From Planctomycetota bacterium (GTDB lineage: Bacteria; Planctomycetota; Planctomycetia; Pirellulales; Pirellulaceae), in assembly GCA_038534355.1 (NCBI GenBank), contig JBCAWX010000016.1, positions 68,449 to 132,448 of the forward strand: a stretch of 64,000 bases of DNA, given 5' to 3'. Numbering within the stretch: position 1 is the stretch's first letter; each line of letters starts with the position of its first letter. Shown here one piece after another: positions 20,901-30,824 of this stretch. Below the pieces are notes generated by a model. It was not told the DNA's origin. It saw only the letters and a program-made list of their open reading frames with translations, and searched no databases. The position numbers and the translations under genes are program-made.

Positions 20901-22163
20901 CTACCAACCGCCGCTGGCCCCGCGGCCTGATGAGCTACCGCCACTGAATCCGCTTCCGCCGCCACCACCACCGCCACCAAAACTTCCGCCGCTGGACGAC
21001 GATGATGATTTCACCAGCTTCGGAGTTCGATAAACGTATCGATTGACATACGAACAGTGACCACAGTCTTCGATCACTCGTACTTTACCGCCGTGCGTGT
21101 AGTTGGCAGCCACCAACACTTGCTCCACTCGATGAACCGTGACGTAGTTACATCGCGGGCAATGAGAATAGCTGGTAAAGAATGTGCCGTAACGTATTCG
21201 CAGAACATCCTCGCATTCAAGGCAAGCCCACACGTCGTAGTCGACGCTTCCAAGATGTTCTTCGAGTTGTTCGCCAGGATCGAGAAACTGGTCATCTTGA
21301 TCTTCTTCGAGCAACACCATCTGCAACTGACAGGTTTCGCAAGTTCTGGTTCGGTACCGCATGTAATACCGGCCGCCAATTAACAAACCGATTCCACCGA
21401 TGACGCCAAACCCGGCAATCCAGGGCAGCCAGGTGACGGGTCCTCGTTGTTTGCGTTTCGGTCCTCGAGCTTTCTCACCATCTCCGGAAACCGAAGGCAA
21501 CAACGCAGGTGCATTCAGATTTGTGATTGCAAAGATCCGAGTCGCGATCGCCCGGAAACCTTGATACAAACCCGAGTCACCTTCGCCGTCAGCGAAATTT
21601 GGAACGACGATGTCATCAATGATTTGTTGCGCGATCCGGACCTTCTCATCGCTGTCGACGCCGTCCCCCAAAACCAGTTCCGCTTGACGATCATCGACTG
21701 CGACAAAAAGCATGACGCCATTGTCTCGCCACGCGGAAGGCGCAATAGGGATTCCCGGTTTTCCAACACCCCAGTGATTGAACAGATTGGTGGCGAACTG
21801 TCGGTGTTCACGACCGGAAGTCGTTTTAATCACAACGACACACATCTCGCGGCCGATCGCTTCGTTGACTTCGTCTCCGATCCGATTGATGTAATCGATC
21901 GCTTCCGCGGATACGGTTCCACTGAGGTCAACGACCCAGGCATCGCGGAGACGAGGCGATGGTATTTCCGTGACTTCGATTCGACCCTGTTGCAAGGGAA
22001 TCGGTGGTGGCGATTGCCGTGTCTGCTGCGGTGATTGCTGCGGTTCTTCCGTCGGCAATTGCCGACCAAGGACCAACGACGAAAACAGTAGCAAAACAAG
22101 CATCGACAACACGAACACTCGTGATGCCGGGCGCTTGTAGTCAAGTTTCGAAATGGTCGTCAT
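20901..22163 (-). CDS. TPM (TLP18.3/Psb32/MOLO-1) domain membrane protein with CxxC zinc ribbons and a Gly/Ser tail
   Basis: WVVDLSGTVS, FATNLFNHWGVG, DNGVML, one TM helix, four CxxC pairs, GGSFGGG...GGSSSGRGASGGW tail. Confidence 0.85.
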   Translation of the reverse strand: MTTISKLDYKRPASRVFVLSMLVLLLFSSLVLGRQLPTEEPQQSPQQTRQSPPPIPLQQGRIEVTEIPSPRLRDAWVVDLSGTVSAEAIDYINRIGDEVNEAIGREMCVVVIKTTSGREHRQFATNLFNHWGVGKPGIPIAPSAWRDNGVMLFVAVDDRQAELVLGDGVDSDEKVRIAQQIIDDIVVPNFADGEGDSGLYQGFRAIATRIFAITNLNAPALLPSVSGDGEKARGPKRKQRGPVTWLPWIAGFGVIGGIGLLIGGRYYMRYRTRTCETCQLQMVLLEEDQDDQFLDPGEQLEEHLGSVDYDVWACLECEDVLRIRYGTFFTSYSHCPRCNYVTVHRVEQVLVAANYTHGGKVRVIEDCGHCSYVNRYVYRTPKLVKSSSSSSGGSFGGGGGGGGSGFSGGSSSGRGASGGW

Positions 22164-23386
22164 TAAAAACCAGGATCGAGGTTGTTAAACTTTCCGATCC
22201 GAACAAGATCGGCGATCAAGTCAGAAGGTGTCTGGGGTCGATCGACGGGATCCTTTGCGATCATCGACATCACGATATCTGAAAACAAATCATTGACCGA
22301 CAGCTGGTACTTCTTGGGTGGTTCCGGATTTTCATTTCTGACATTGGCAATGATCTCGGTCAGCCCACCGCCGCTAACGGGAGGTCGACCGGTCAGCAAT
22401 GCGTAGCACGTCGCACCCAATCCATACATGTCTGAACGGGTATCGACATCCGCATCACCTCGCGTGCGTTCGGGAGCCAGATACGGAAGTTCTCCAAGAA
22501 TCTGACCTGGTTGAGTGACTTGTTTTGCCAACGTTCCTTCCAGCGCTTTGGCCAGCATGAAGTCACCCAACAAACAAGCTTCGTCACTTTTGCGACGCAT
22601 GATGTTGTTGGGAGTTACGTTGCGATGAATGATTTTGTGTTCGTAGCCAGTCATCAGGGCACGACCCACATCGACGGCTACTCGCCAGACTTTGCGCCAA
22701 TCGAGCATCCCTTCGATGCCGATTCGATCAATCAGTTGAGCCAGATTTTCACCTTCGATGTAATCCATAGCCGCCCAGCAATACGGGCCTGTTTTGCCAG
22801 CGTTGACCAAATTGATGATGCGATCACTTTTGACGGGCAACATCGTTTTCATGGCGCGAACAAAACGCATTCGTTGCTCGTCATCGGACGTGTACTGGGG
22901 AGTCAGCACTTTGACGGCGACCGTGGTTCCTTTTTCGGTATCGGTCGCTTTGAAGACCACGCCCGAGTTCGCTTTTCCGATGATCTCAATCAGTTGATAG
23001 TTGCCGAGCGTATCACCGGCGAGTTCGACCAGCGGTTTTGCGTTGGCCGTGGCATCTTTATTTTGAGGAGAGATCGTGGCTTCGGTGGGTCGATCCAAAT
23101 CCTCGACTCGAAATCGAGTATCGCCTGCTTGGATGACGCTGCCGATCGGCACCAGCGCATTCTGAACCTGTTTGCCATCAACAAACGTGCCACTGGAACT
23201 GCCCTGATCTGCCAACGTCACTGATTCGCCGTCGCAGCCGATTTGAAAATGGATTCGAGAAACAGAAGGATCTGCGACTTGGGCTTGGCTTTTATCGCCA
23301 CGTCCAACCATGACCGTTTGGCCAGTTTCGACATCAAAAAACCGACCTGCCGAGGGACCGGAAATCACATTGATACGTATTTTCAT
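22163..23386 (-). CDS. FHA domain plus kinase-fold protein (probable pseudokinase)
   Basis: FHA motifs VGRG, SRIH, D.GS.SGTFVDG. Kinase fold with HRNVTPNN and DFM in place of HRDxKPxN and DFG. ATG at 23386. Confidence 0.8.
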   Translation of the reverse strand: MKIRINVISGPSAGRFFDVETGQTVMVGRGDKSQAQVADPSVSRIHFQIGCDGESVTLADQGSSSGTFVDGKQVQNALVPIGSVIQAGDTRFRVEDLDRPTEATISPQNKDATANAKPLVELAGDTLGNYQLIEIIGKANSGVVFKATDTEKGTTVAVKVLTPQYTSDDEQRMRFVRAMKTMLPVKSDRIINLVNAGKTGPYCWAAMDYIEGENLAQLIDRIGIEGMLDWRKVWRVAVDVGRALMTGYEHKIIHRNVTPNNIMRRKSDEACLLGDFMLAKALEGTLAKQVTQPGQILGELPYLAPERTRGDADVDTRSDMYGLGATCYALLTGRPPVSGGGLTEIIANVRNENPEPPKKYQLSVNDLFSDIVMSMIAKDPVDRPQTPSDLIADLVRIGKFNNLDPGF

Positions 23387-23631
23387 GGAAATTGCGTGCG
23401 TTGGAGAGAATCGTTCGCCGAACTTAATTCGAGGCAGCCCAATGTTTCTTGTCGAGCTATTTTTCGGCAAGGGTCGATTATAGCCAATCTGCTCCATCGA
23501 TTGGATCCAATTGCTACAGTTCGGTTGCGTTTTGCCGAGTAACCATCTTCGAATCATTCAATTCGTGTCGACTAAAAATTCCTGCGAAAATAGAATAGAT
23601 TCACCATTTCCTTTCTCTTTCGAGTCCGACT

Positions 23632-26517
23632 GTGCAAATCGAGTGTCCGCAATGCCATCAATCGCTGACGTTCAAGGATTCTGCGCCCAAGTTCTGTCAG
23701 CATTGCGGTAAACAACTCGCCCCAGCCGTTGCGACAAGGCAACGTTCCAACTCGCTCGGTGCTGGTCTCCCCGCTGATTCCATGGCAACCGTGCCACCAT
23801 CGCGCACCATCGATATCGCTGACGTCACGATTCCGCCGTCAGGAGTTTTCGAAACCGCAACCGCTGAGCCACCACAAAAGGTTGGCGAAGTCATAGGACC
23901 GTATCAAACCACCAATTGGCTTGGCGCCGGCGGAATGGGAAACGTCTGGCAAGCGGTTGAGCAAAAAACTGGTCGTCGTGTTGCGTTGAAACAACTTTGC
24001 AGCGCGATGGTCAACGACACCGACTCCGTCAAACGATTCCATCAGGAAGCCAAGCTGGCCGCACAGATTTCCCATCCGCATGTCACGTTCATTTATGGAA
24101 CCGGCAACCATCAAGGATCTCCCTACATTGCCATGGAGTTGATGCCGGGAACGACGATCGAAGACGAAGTCGAGGCAACGGGAAGTCTTTCGGTTCAAAA
24201 AGCGGTCGACTATGTCATCAATATCATCGACGGTCTTCAAGCGGTTCATGCGAAAGGGATGATTCATCGCGACATCAAACCTTCCAACTGTTTTATCGAT
24301 GCCAATTCGGAAGTCAAAATCGGAGACTTCGGCCTTTCCAAATCGGTGATCAGCGAAAACGCCAACTTGACCAAAACTGGCACCTTTATGGGGACCCCGT
24401 CGTACGCGTCGCCAGAACAGATCCGAGGTCAGGAAATTGACGCGCGAACCGACCTTTATTCGGTGGGTGCGACACTGTATTTCATGCTGACCGGGCAGAC
24501 GCCCTATCGCGGGGATGCAACGTCGATGATGGCTCAGATTATCGGTGATCCACCCCCTTCGGCCAGATCCGAGAATGACCAAGTCCCGCGTGATCTGGAC
24601 TTGATCATTCGTAAATCTTTGGCGAAATCACCAGACGATCGCTTTCCTTCGCTCAAGGAATTTCGCGCGGCGTTGTTACCTTACGCCTCGCGTTTCGAAT
24701 CGGTCGCCGATGTGGGTCGTCGTTTGGCTGCCTACATGATTGACCAGTCACTGATTCAAATTGTTGCGGTCGTTTGCGGCGTCACGACGATACTGGCGAT
24801 GACGATTTATCAAGGGAGCACGCTCAGTGAGGACGTGCAAGCCAAATTTCAAATCAGCATCACGCTCGGTGTTGGTGTGGTCCTTTGGTTGTACTACTCG
24901 TTGGGTGAAGGGATCTTTGAACGGACCGTCGGCAAGTGGCTCATGGGATTGAAGCTGGTCAACTATGAAAATCAAAAGGCGGGTTTTGTCCGCGCCGGGA
25001 TCCGCGCTGCCATCGTTCCCTGCAGCTTGGGTTTGTCGATGATGTATGGATGGTACCAGTATCAAACGCAGAACTTTTCTCCAACGACCAATCCAGCCGA
25101 TTTTATTCTGTCGATGATGTTTGGTCTGGCGATCGGTTTCGGCCCTGTTTTGATTTGCATGGTCACGATGCGCCGATCCAACCGTCTGATGGGCATCCAT
25201 GGTCTCGTCAGTGGCACGCGTGTCGTTCGCGCGTCTCAGGTCGCCAAAAAATCTGAGATGCCGATAACCAGTTTGCGTACGAAAGAAACGCCGCTGATGG
25301 AGTTTGGGCCTTATCAATCGGACCAGCTACTGGGCGAATTTGAATCGGGCAAAGTTCATCTCGCCCATGACGCTGAACTGGACCGTGATGTTTGGATTGT
25401 CACGCGTGAGAATAAAACCGCTCCGGATGTATCCAGAATGAGTTTGTCGCGACACGCGCGGCAGCGTTGGATTGATGGTGGGGATTGTTCCGGTTCTGCA
25501 TGTCTTCGTTGGGACGGCTACGAAGCCGTACTGGGAATACCGATTCAGCAAGTCGTCGCGATGGGCAAACCGGATCAATGTGGCGGCTATGCGCGACTGA
25601 TGCGTCAGTTGGTTCAAGAATTGATTGCTGCCGTGGCCGATGGTTCATTGCCAGAGCAAGTTCGTTTGTCACAGGTCTGGGTCAACGAGGACGGACATAT
25701 CAAATTGCTCGATAGCCGTTTGGTCAGCTCGGTGGCGGTCAGCGACAAAGATTCGCGAATCTGCCCGATGTCCGGTGAGTTTAGAAGTATTGAAATGACT
25801 CCTGTCGAGCATGCTGTCGAGTTGCTGCAGATGTTGGGCGACATCATTCACCGAAGTCAGGTGCTCCCTCAATCGCTCAATCAGTTTTTGGTTGAACTGG
25901 ACGCTCGCGAGAAACGTGCCTCGACGCTGGATTGGGCCGATACAGAATTGGCGCGTTTGGAAAAAAAGAATCCCGTGCTGACTTGGGACATTCGAATCGG
26001 CGTTCTCGCATTGACGTTGGGCGTTGAAGCGTTGGCGTTTTCGTTGGTTGCTTCGGGTCTGTGGTTGGTTTGTTTCTATATGCTGCCGATGGCCATGGAA
26101 GTCCGATATGCCTTTGGCATTTTCTGCTCGTTGCTGTTACCGATGGGACTCGCGGCCTATTTCAATGGTGGATTTGTGTTTCGCGTCATGGGGATCCAGG
26201 TATGCGATAAATATGGCCGCCCGGCATCTGCGGCGGCCAACATGGTTCGAGCCGGATTGTCGTGGTTGCCGTTGATGTGTATCACTGGCGCCATGATCCT
26301 GTCGTTGATCTATACCGATGCACAAATTCACGAGTCCGCGTCCGAACCTGGATCGGTCGACTACGAAACGACGCACAATGAAAACCTTGTATTGATTGCC
26401 GCTCTTTCGATGTTAGCGTCGATGTTGATCAGCACCTTGGGCGTGTTCGTCGCCATTTTGTCGCCCAAACGTGGAATCATTGACTTTCTGTTGGGCACCC
26501 GTCTAATGCCCGATTAA
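23632..26517 (+). CDS. Ser/Thr protein kinase with an N-terminal zinc ribbon and RDD-like membrane domains
   Basis: CPQC...CQHC, GAGGMGNV, HRDIKPSN, DFG, GTPSYASPEQ. RDD-like RRLAAYMID...RTVGKWLMGL...RAAI, and a second copy near the C-terminus. Confidence 0.85.
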   Translation: MQIECPQCHQSLTFKDSAPKFCQHCGKQLAPAVATRQRSNSLGAGLPADSMATVPPSRTIDIADVTIPPSGVFETATAEPPQKVGEVIGPYQTTNWLGAGGMGNVWQAVEQKTGRRVALKQLCSAMVNDTDSVKRFHQEAKLAAQISHPHVTFIYGTGNHQGSPYIAMELMPGTTIEDEVEATGSLSVQKAVDYVINIIDGLQAVHAKGMIHRDIKPSNCFIDANSEVKIGDFGLSKSVISENANLTKTGTFMGTPSYASPEQIRGQEIDARTDLYSVGATLYFMLTGQTPYRGDATSMMAQIIGDPPPSARSENDQVPRDLDLIIRKSLAKSPDDRFPSLKEFRAALLPYASRFESVADVGRRLAAYMIDQSLIQIVAVVCGVTTILAMTIYQGSTLSEDVQAKFQISITLGVGVVLWLYYSLGEGIFERTVGKWLMGLKLVNYENQKAGFVRAGIRAAIVPCSLGLSMMYGWYQYQTQNFSPTTNPADFILSMMFGLAIGFGPVLICMVTMRRSNRLMGIHGLVSGTRVVRASQVAKKSEMPITSLRTKETPLMEFGPYQSDQLLGEFESGKVHLAHDAELDRDVWIVTRENKTAPDVSRMSLSRHARQRWIDGGDCSGSACLRWDGYEAVLGIPIQQVVAMGKPDQCGGYARLMRQLVQELIAAVADGSLPEQVRLSQVWVNEDGHIKLLDSRLVSSVAVSDKDSRICPMSGEFRSIEMTPVEHAVELLQMLGDIIHRSQVLPQSLNQFLVELDAREKRASTLDWADTELARLEKKNPVLTWDIRIGVLALTLGVEALAFSLVASGLWLVCFYMLPMAMEVRYAFGIFCSLLLPMGLAAYFNGGFVFRVMGIQVCDKYGRPASAAANMVRAGLSWLPLMCITGAMILSLIYTDAQIHESASEPGSVDYETTHNENLVLIAALSMLASMLISTLGVFVAILSPKRGIIDFLLGTRLMPD

Positions 26518-26605
26518 CTATCAGTGTCCGAGAGCCGATCAGCTGGATGTTGTTTGATCTGAGTGAATTTCGGTTACCTTAGTCCAACTGGCCGAATCCA
26601 AGTCA

Positions 26606-27147
26606 TGCCCGGTAGCGTACCCTTGAACCAAACCCTCCAAACCACCCATCGTTCCATGGATACTCCAGTTTCCAACTCTGCGGAACAACAAATGTCACCA
26701 CGATTGGCATCGTGGCAGCTTACGTCATTGTTAGGTTTGATGGTGGCTATGCCGACCATCACCATCGCCCTTCTCTGGTCTGTTCTGCCTTCCGTCTACG
26801 AAGGTGAATTGCAAGCAAGCGTCTATGCTGAGGGAACTCCGCCAGCGGAATTTTACGATGTTCCGTTCGAACAACGCCCGCCAGCAGAAGATGGCGTTTT
26901 GGTGATTCAAAACAACAGCGATGTCGATTGGACAATGCTAAACATCCACATCAATCGCTTTTATCAGATCTATGATGTCGAGCCGATTCCTGCTCGCGAA
27001 GAGCGTCGCTACAAGCTGAACAAGTTCATCACGCGAGCGGGTGCCCGATTCGATCTAAAGTACAACCCGCTAAAATCCGTTTTGATTTACGCACGACAAC
27101 CGAACGCGGAGCGGGCAACATACAGTTACGAATTTCCTAAACAGTAA
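26606..27147 (+). CDS. Hypothetical single-pass membrane protein
   Basis: One TM helix followed by a beta-rich domain. Start uncertain (26563, 26606 or 26657). Confidence 0.6.
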
Positions 27148-27205
27148 GTTCAGCGACCTGTTGGTACGTACGACCAAACGCAGAGGTCAATGCGAATCTG
27201 AAGGA

Positions 27206-28117
27206 TCAAGTTTCATCTTTGCGCAGTTTGGTCATCGTGATCTGATTGCCGGTCAAGTTATGAGCAACTTGATCCATGAACGAGCGGATGAGAAACAGAC
27301 CGCGGCCAGAGACTTTGTTCAAGTTCACATCTTCTGTCGGATCGCCGACGCGGCTGGGATCAAACCCACTTCCGTCATCCGAGATCTGCACGCAAATGTG
27401 ACGATCTGAAAACTCGGCTTCGACGCGCACACGACGATGACAAAACGGTGGCAAATTTTTGCGGTTACGAATCTCATCGTAATACTCTTCTTCGTTTTCG
27501 CTTTCGCGCAACTTCGATGCGACTTCCAAATTGCCATGATGCATCGCGTTGACCAGTGCCTCATTCATCGCCATCACGAACTGCCATCGATCCTGGCTGG
27601 TCCAGCTGGGCAAGTTCTCTTGTAGATGTTCGATGGTCGGACCGATCAAGCTGGAGTCATTCTCCAGCACAAAAGCGATCTGTCGGGGTGCTGGCAGAAC
27701 CGTCGTGTCGTGCTCGTACCGCATAAAGGCAGACATCTGCAAGACTTGTCGAATCGTGCGAACGAGATCCGCTCGAAGAAGTGATTTTGGTGAATAACTG
27801 GTCGCGCCAGCACGCAACGCTTCGACGGCAATCTCTTCACTTCCCTGCGAAGTGATCAGGATCACCGGGAGTTCGGGTCGGGTCCGTCGAATCTCTTTGA
27901 CCAACTCCAATCCATTGATACGCGGCATCTGCAGGTCTGTGACGACCAAATCGATCTCGGGGGAATCTTTCGAATCCAGCCGTTCCAGCGCTTCTTGACC
28001 ATCGACGGCAAATTCTATTTCCCAATCCCCACCACCGGTCACGCCCTCTTTGGCAAGCAAACCGCCGATTAGCATTCGGTCAACAGATGAATCCTCAACG
28101 ACCAGGATGGTGACCAC
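27206..28117 (-). CDS. Response regulator receiver fused to an RsbW-like HATPase_c_2 domain
   Basis: ILVVEDS, LVVTDLQMPRINGLE, VILIT.QG, EALVNAMHHGN, ISDDGSGFD, SGRGLFLIRSFMD. Confidence 0.85.
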   Translation of the reverse strand: MVTILVVEDSSVDRMLIGGLLAKEGVTGGGDWEIEFAVDGQEALERLDSKDSPEIDLVVTDLQMPRINGLELVKEIRRTRPELPVILITSQGSEEIAVEALRAGATSYSPKSLLRADLVRTIRQVLQMSAFMRYEHDTTVLPAPRQIAFVLENDSSLIGPTIEHLQENLPSWTSQDRWQFVMAMNEALVNAMHHGNLEVASKLRESENEEEYYDEIRNRKNLPPFCHRRVRVEAEFSDRHICVQISDDGSGFDPSRVGDPTEDVNLNKVSGRGLFLIRSFMDQVAHNLTGNQITMTKLRKDET

Positions 28118-28192
28118 AAGAACAACCCTCGTACTGGAACTGGAAGCAGCAGGTGAATTGTTTCCGATTCACCCGGGCGTGGCAAGTCAAAA

Positions 28193-28816
28193 CTAGGGAC
28201 CGAAACCGGTGAATATTCGTAACGTCTGGAGGGCGACGTTATCGGAAAACAGTTCGTATACAGGATCCGTAGTATCAATCTTCACCGGTGGCAAGGTGAA
28301 AGGTGACTCGTCCGGCTTCGGCCGCTTGCCGGGGGCTCGCATGATCAGAGCCAGCTCTCCGTGGTTCATCCAGTTGATTTTGCACCCCGAGCAGCTGTTA
28401 ATCACAACCGCCCCAGGGCCATAGTACGGATGAGTTTGCATGGAATCGAGGCAAGTTGGACATTGGACGACCCGATCCAGCTCCTTCGGATCGAGCGGAC
28501 TCGGCTGGTCGGCTTCGCCAGAATAATGGCTGCGCAATTCATGAACGAGCGGATGAAACGACGGGCTATCAATCACGTATCCGCGACATTGGTTGCAAAA
28601 ACAAACATCAATCATGTCATGCAAAATGCCAACTTCCAGATCGACAGCACACGAGGGACACTGGAATTCGATCGTTCGGCCCGATGGCACAATTGGGTCA
28701 ACCGATGATTCGATCGATGTTGGAAACTGATAAACGCGACATGTTTCGCAGACAAGATAATCCTGATTGTGACGCTGTGTCATCGGATTCGAACATTGAT
28801 GGCAAGTCAGATTCAT
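28193..28816 (-). CDS. Multi zinc-ribbon (zf-TFIIB-like) protein
   Basis: Repeated CxxC pairs: CHQC, CETC, CPSC, CNQC, CPTC, CSGC...W.NHGEL. Confidence 0.75.
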   Translation of the reverse strand: MNLTCHQCSNPMTQRHNQDYLVCETCRVYQFPTSIESSVDPIVPSGRTIEFQCPSCAVDLEVGILHDMIDVCFCNQCRGYVIDSPSFHPLVHELRSHYSGEADQPSPLDPKELDRVVQCPTCLDSMQTHPYYGPGAVVINSCSGCKINWMNHGELALIMRAPGKRPKPDESPFTLPPVKIDTTDPVYELFSDNVALQTLRIFTGFGP

Positions 28817-29035
28817 AAGGCCAGCTTTTCATTCAGTTCATTGATGCTCAGTGGAATGTAACTGTAGGTCATGACCGGTCGCCGTCATCGTTGATGCGGT
28901 AGAAAAATCGGGCGAAAAACAACGTTGACGAGAACGTTTTACCGACAAATACGTATCAGTCGTCGGATTCCGTTGCCCGCACAATTACAATTCTCCCAGT
29001 TGATTGGTATTTCACCTGAAGTCGAGGATCCACGC

Positions 29036-30052
29036 ATGAATCAATTGTTCTGCTCAATGAGAACTTGTGGGAGCACACTTGATCACTGGTGGTTGCTCGG
29101 CTGTGTCGGATTCTGGATTTCGATTTCACTTGCTACTCGTTCCACGGCGGTTGGCCAAGAGACGACATTCCCGCCGAAAGACTGTCAGCGAATTCTGTTT
29201 TTGGGTGACTCGATCACCTACGCGGGCCACTATATCGCGATGATCGAAACTCAGTTTTTGCTCGATGGTCAATCCGTTGAAATCATCAATGCCGGTTTAC
29301 CCAGTGAGACTTGTTCAGGGTTGTCCGAGCCAGACCATCCTTTCCCCCGGCCTGACGTCCATGAGCGGTTGATTCGTTGTCTTGAAAAATGCAAACCAGA
29401 TGCGGTGGTTGCCTGCTACGGCATGAATGATGGTATCTACCACCCATTTGATGAGACCCGTTTTAAGAAATACCAGGATGGAATTCGCGGCATCATCGAA
29501 GCCACCAAGCAGCGCAACATTCACCTGACCCTGTTAACGCCACCTCCCTTTGACCCCCTTCCCTTTCGAAAGAAAAACAAACTGGTCAAACGTGATGGAG
29601 AGTCATTCGCATGGTTCGCGATCTATGAGAATTATGACGACGACGTACTCAAAAAATATGCTGAGTGGGTGCTGACTCAAAAGGAACAGGTCAACGTGAT
29701 CGACCTTCGCGAGCCTGTGCTTCGGTATGTGAAAGAACAACGCAAAACGGATCCGGAATTCGTCATGTCAAACGACGGAGTTCATCTGGATCAGCAAGGC
29801 CATGATGTACTCGCAACAACCATCCTTCAAGCTTGGGGATACAAACCATCGTACCAAACGGCCGCGCGGCTAAATTCCCTGATTGAGAAACGGCAGTTGA
29901 TCTATCGAGATGCTTGGCTGACTCACATTGGCCACAAGCGCCCCAGAATGAAACCAAGACCATCACTTGAGGAAGCCAACAAGTCGACGGTAAAACTCTC
30001 GAGCGAGATCGTTTCGGCTTTGACGAAGGTACAGCATGAACGACGAAAGTAG
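29036..30052 (+). CDS. SGNH/GDSL hydrolase family protein
   Basis: FLGDSITY, NAGLPSET, CYGMNDG, DGVHL catalytic blocks. Confidence 0.85.
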   Translation: MNQLFCSMRTCGSTLDHWWLLGCVGFWISISLATRSTAVGQETTFPPKDCQRILFLGDSITYAGHYIAMIETQFLLDGQSVEIINAGLPSETCSGLSEPDHPFPRPDVHERLIRCLEKCKPDAVVACYGMNDGIYHPFDETRFKKYQDGIRGIIEATKQRNIHLTLLTPPPFDPLPFRKKNKLVKRDGESFAWFAIYENYDDDVLKKYAEWVLTQKEQVNVIDLREPVLRYVKEQRKTDPEFVMSNDGVHLDQQGHDVLATTILQAWGYKPSYQTAARLNSLIEKRQLIYRDAWLTHIGHKRPRMKPRPSLEEANKSTVKLSSEIVSALTKVQHERRK

Positions 30053-30824
30053 CTCCGAAAAACCGGGGCTTCCATCGAAGGCCGATACCGAAAGCGGGAA
30101 CTCTCGCATTCAAACGATTGACTTGATCGTGGCGACTACTTGTGTTGCGATCTTTTTCACGATAAGTCGCTTGGCGCTTCGCTCTCAACCGCTGTTTCAG
30201 AACATGCAGAGTATTTCATCGGTTTACTTTGTCTTGTATGGGATCAGCTATGGATTCGGTCTAACTTTTCTACCCGTCTTCTTGATTAACGTGATCCGGC
30301 GAGGCAACTCGGCAAACGATCGACGGACATGGAACCTGCAGCCGGGACATTTGATCGGAACTTACTTCTGGATCTACTATGGTGGCTACTACTTTCAGTT
30401 TCTTTTGATGGCCTTTGCAAACAACGATACTGGTGAGTTTTATACGATGGTCGCTGCGATGTTCAGGATCTTGGCCGATCTTTCGTGTGTCCTGCTGCTG
30501 GTGTATGCCCTGTTTCGATTTGAACTTCGTTGGCGGATCTGCACCTGGCTCTGGTTGGCCGTTACGTTGATTACATTGACGATAAACTTGAGCTATTTCG
30601 CATTTTATTTCGATTGGATTCGCGAAGGGTTTCTCGGTGTGCTTAGTTGGATAGGATTTGCCATTTCCATTGGATCTTTCGTCGCGATTCTCGGTTCTTT
30701 GATTGCCATGATCGGGGATTGGCGAAACGGCGTTCACCGTGACTGGTTGCACTATTACGGATTTTTGGTGGCGCTGATTTTTTGTTTCCCCTTTCTGTTC
30801 AACAAGATTGTCACGATTTTTTGA
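30036..30824 (+). CDS. Hypothetical polytopic membrane protein
   Basis: About seven hydrophobic helices. Overlaps both neighbours, suggesting an operon. Confidence 0.65.
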   Translation: MNDESSSEKPGLPSKADTESGNSRIQTIDLIVATTCVAIFFTISRLALRSQPLFQNMQSISSVYFVLYGISYGFGLTFLPVFLINVIRRGNSANDRRTWNLQPGHLIGTYFWIYYGGYYFQFLLMAFANNDTGEFYTMVAAMFRILADLSCVLLLVYALFRFELRWRICTWLWLAVTLITLTINLSYFAFYFDWIREGFLGVLSWIGFAISIGSFVAILGSLIAMIGDWRNGVHRDWLHYYGFLVALIFCFPFLFNKIVTIF

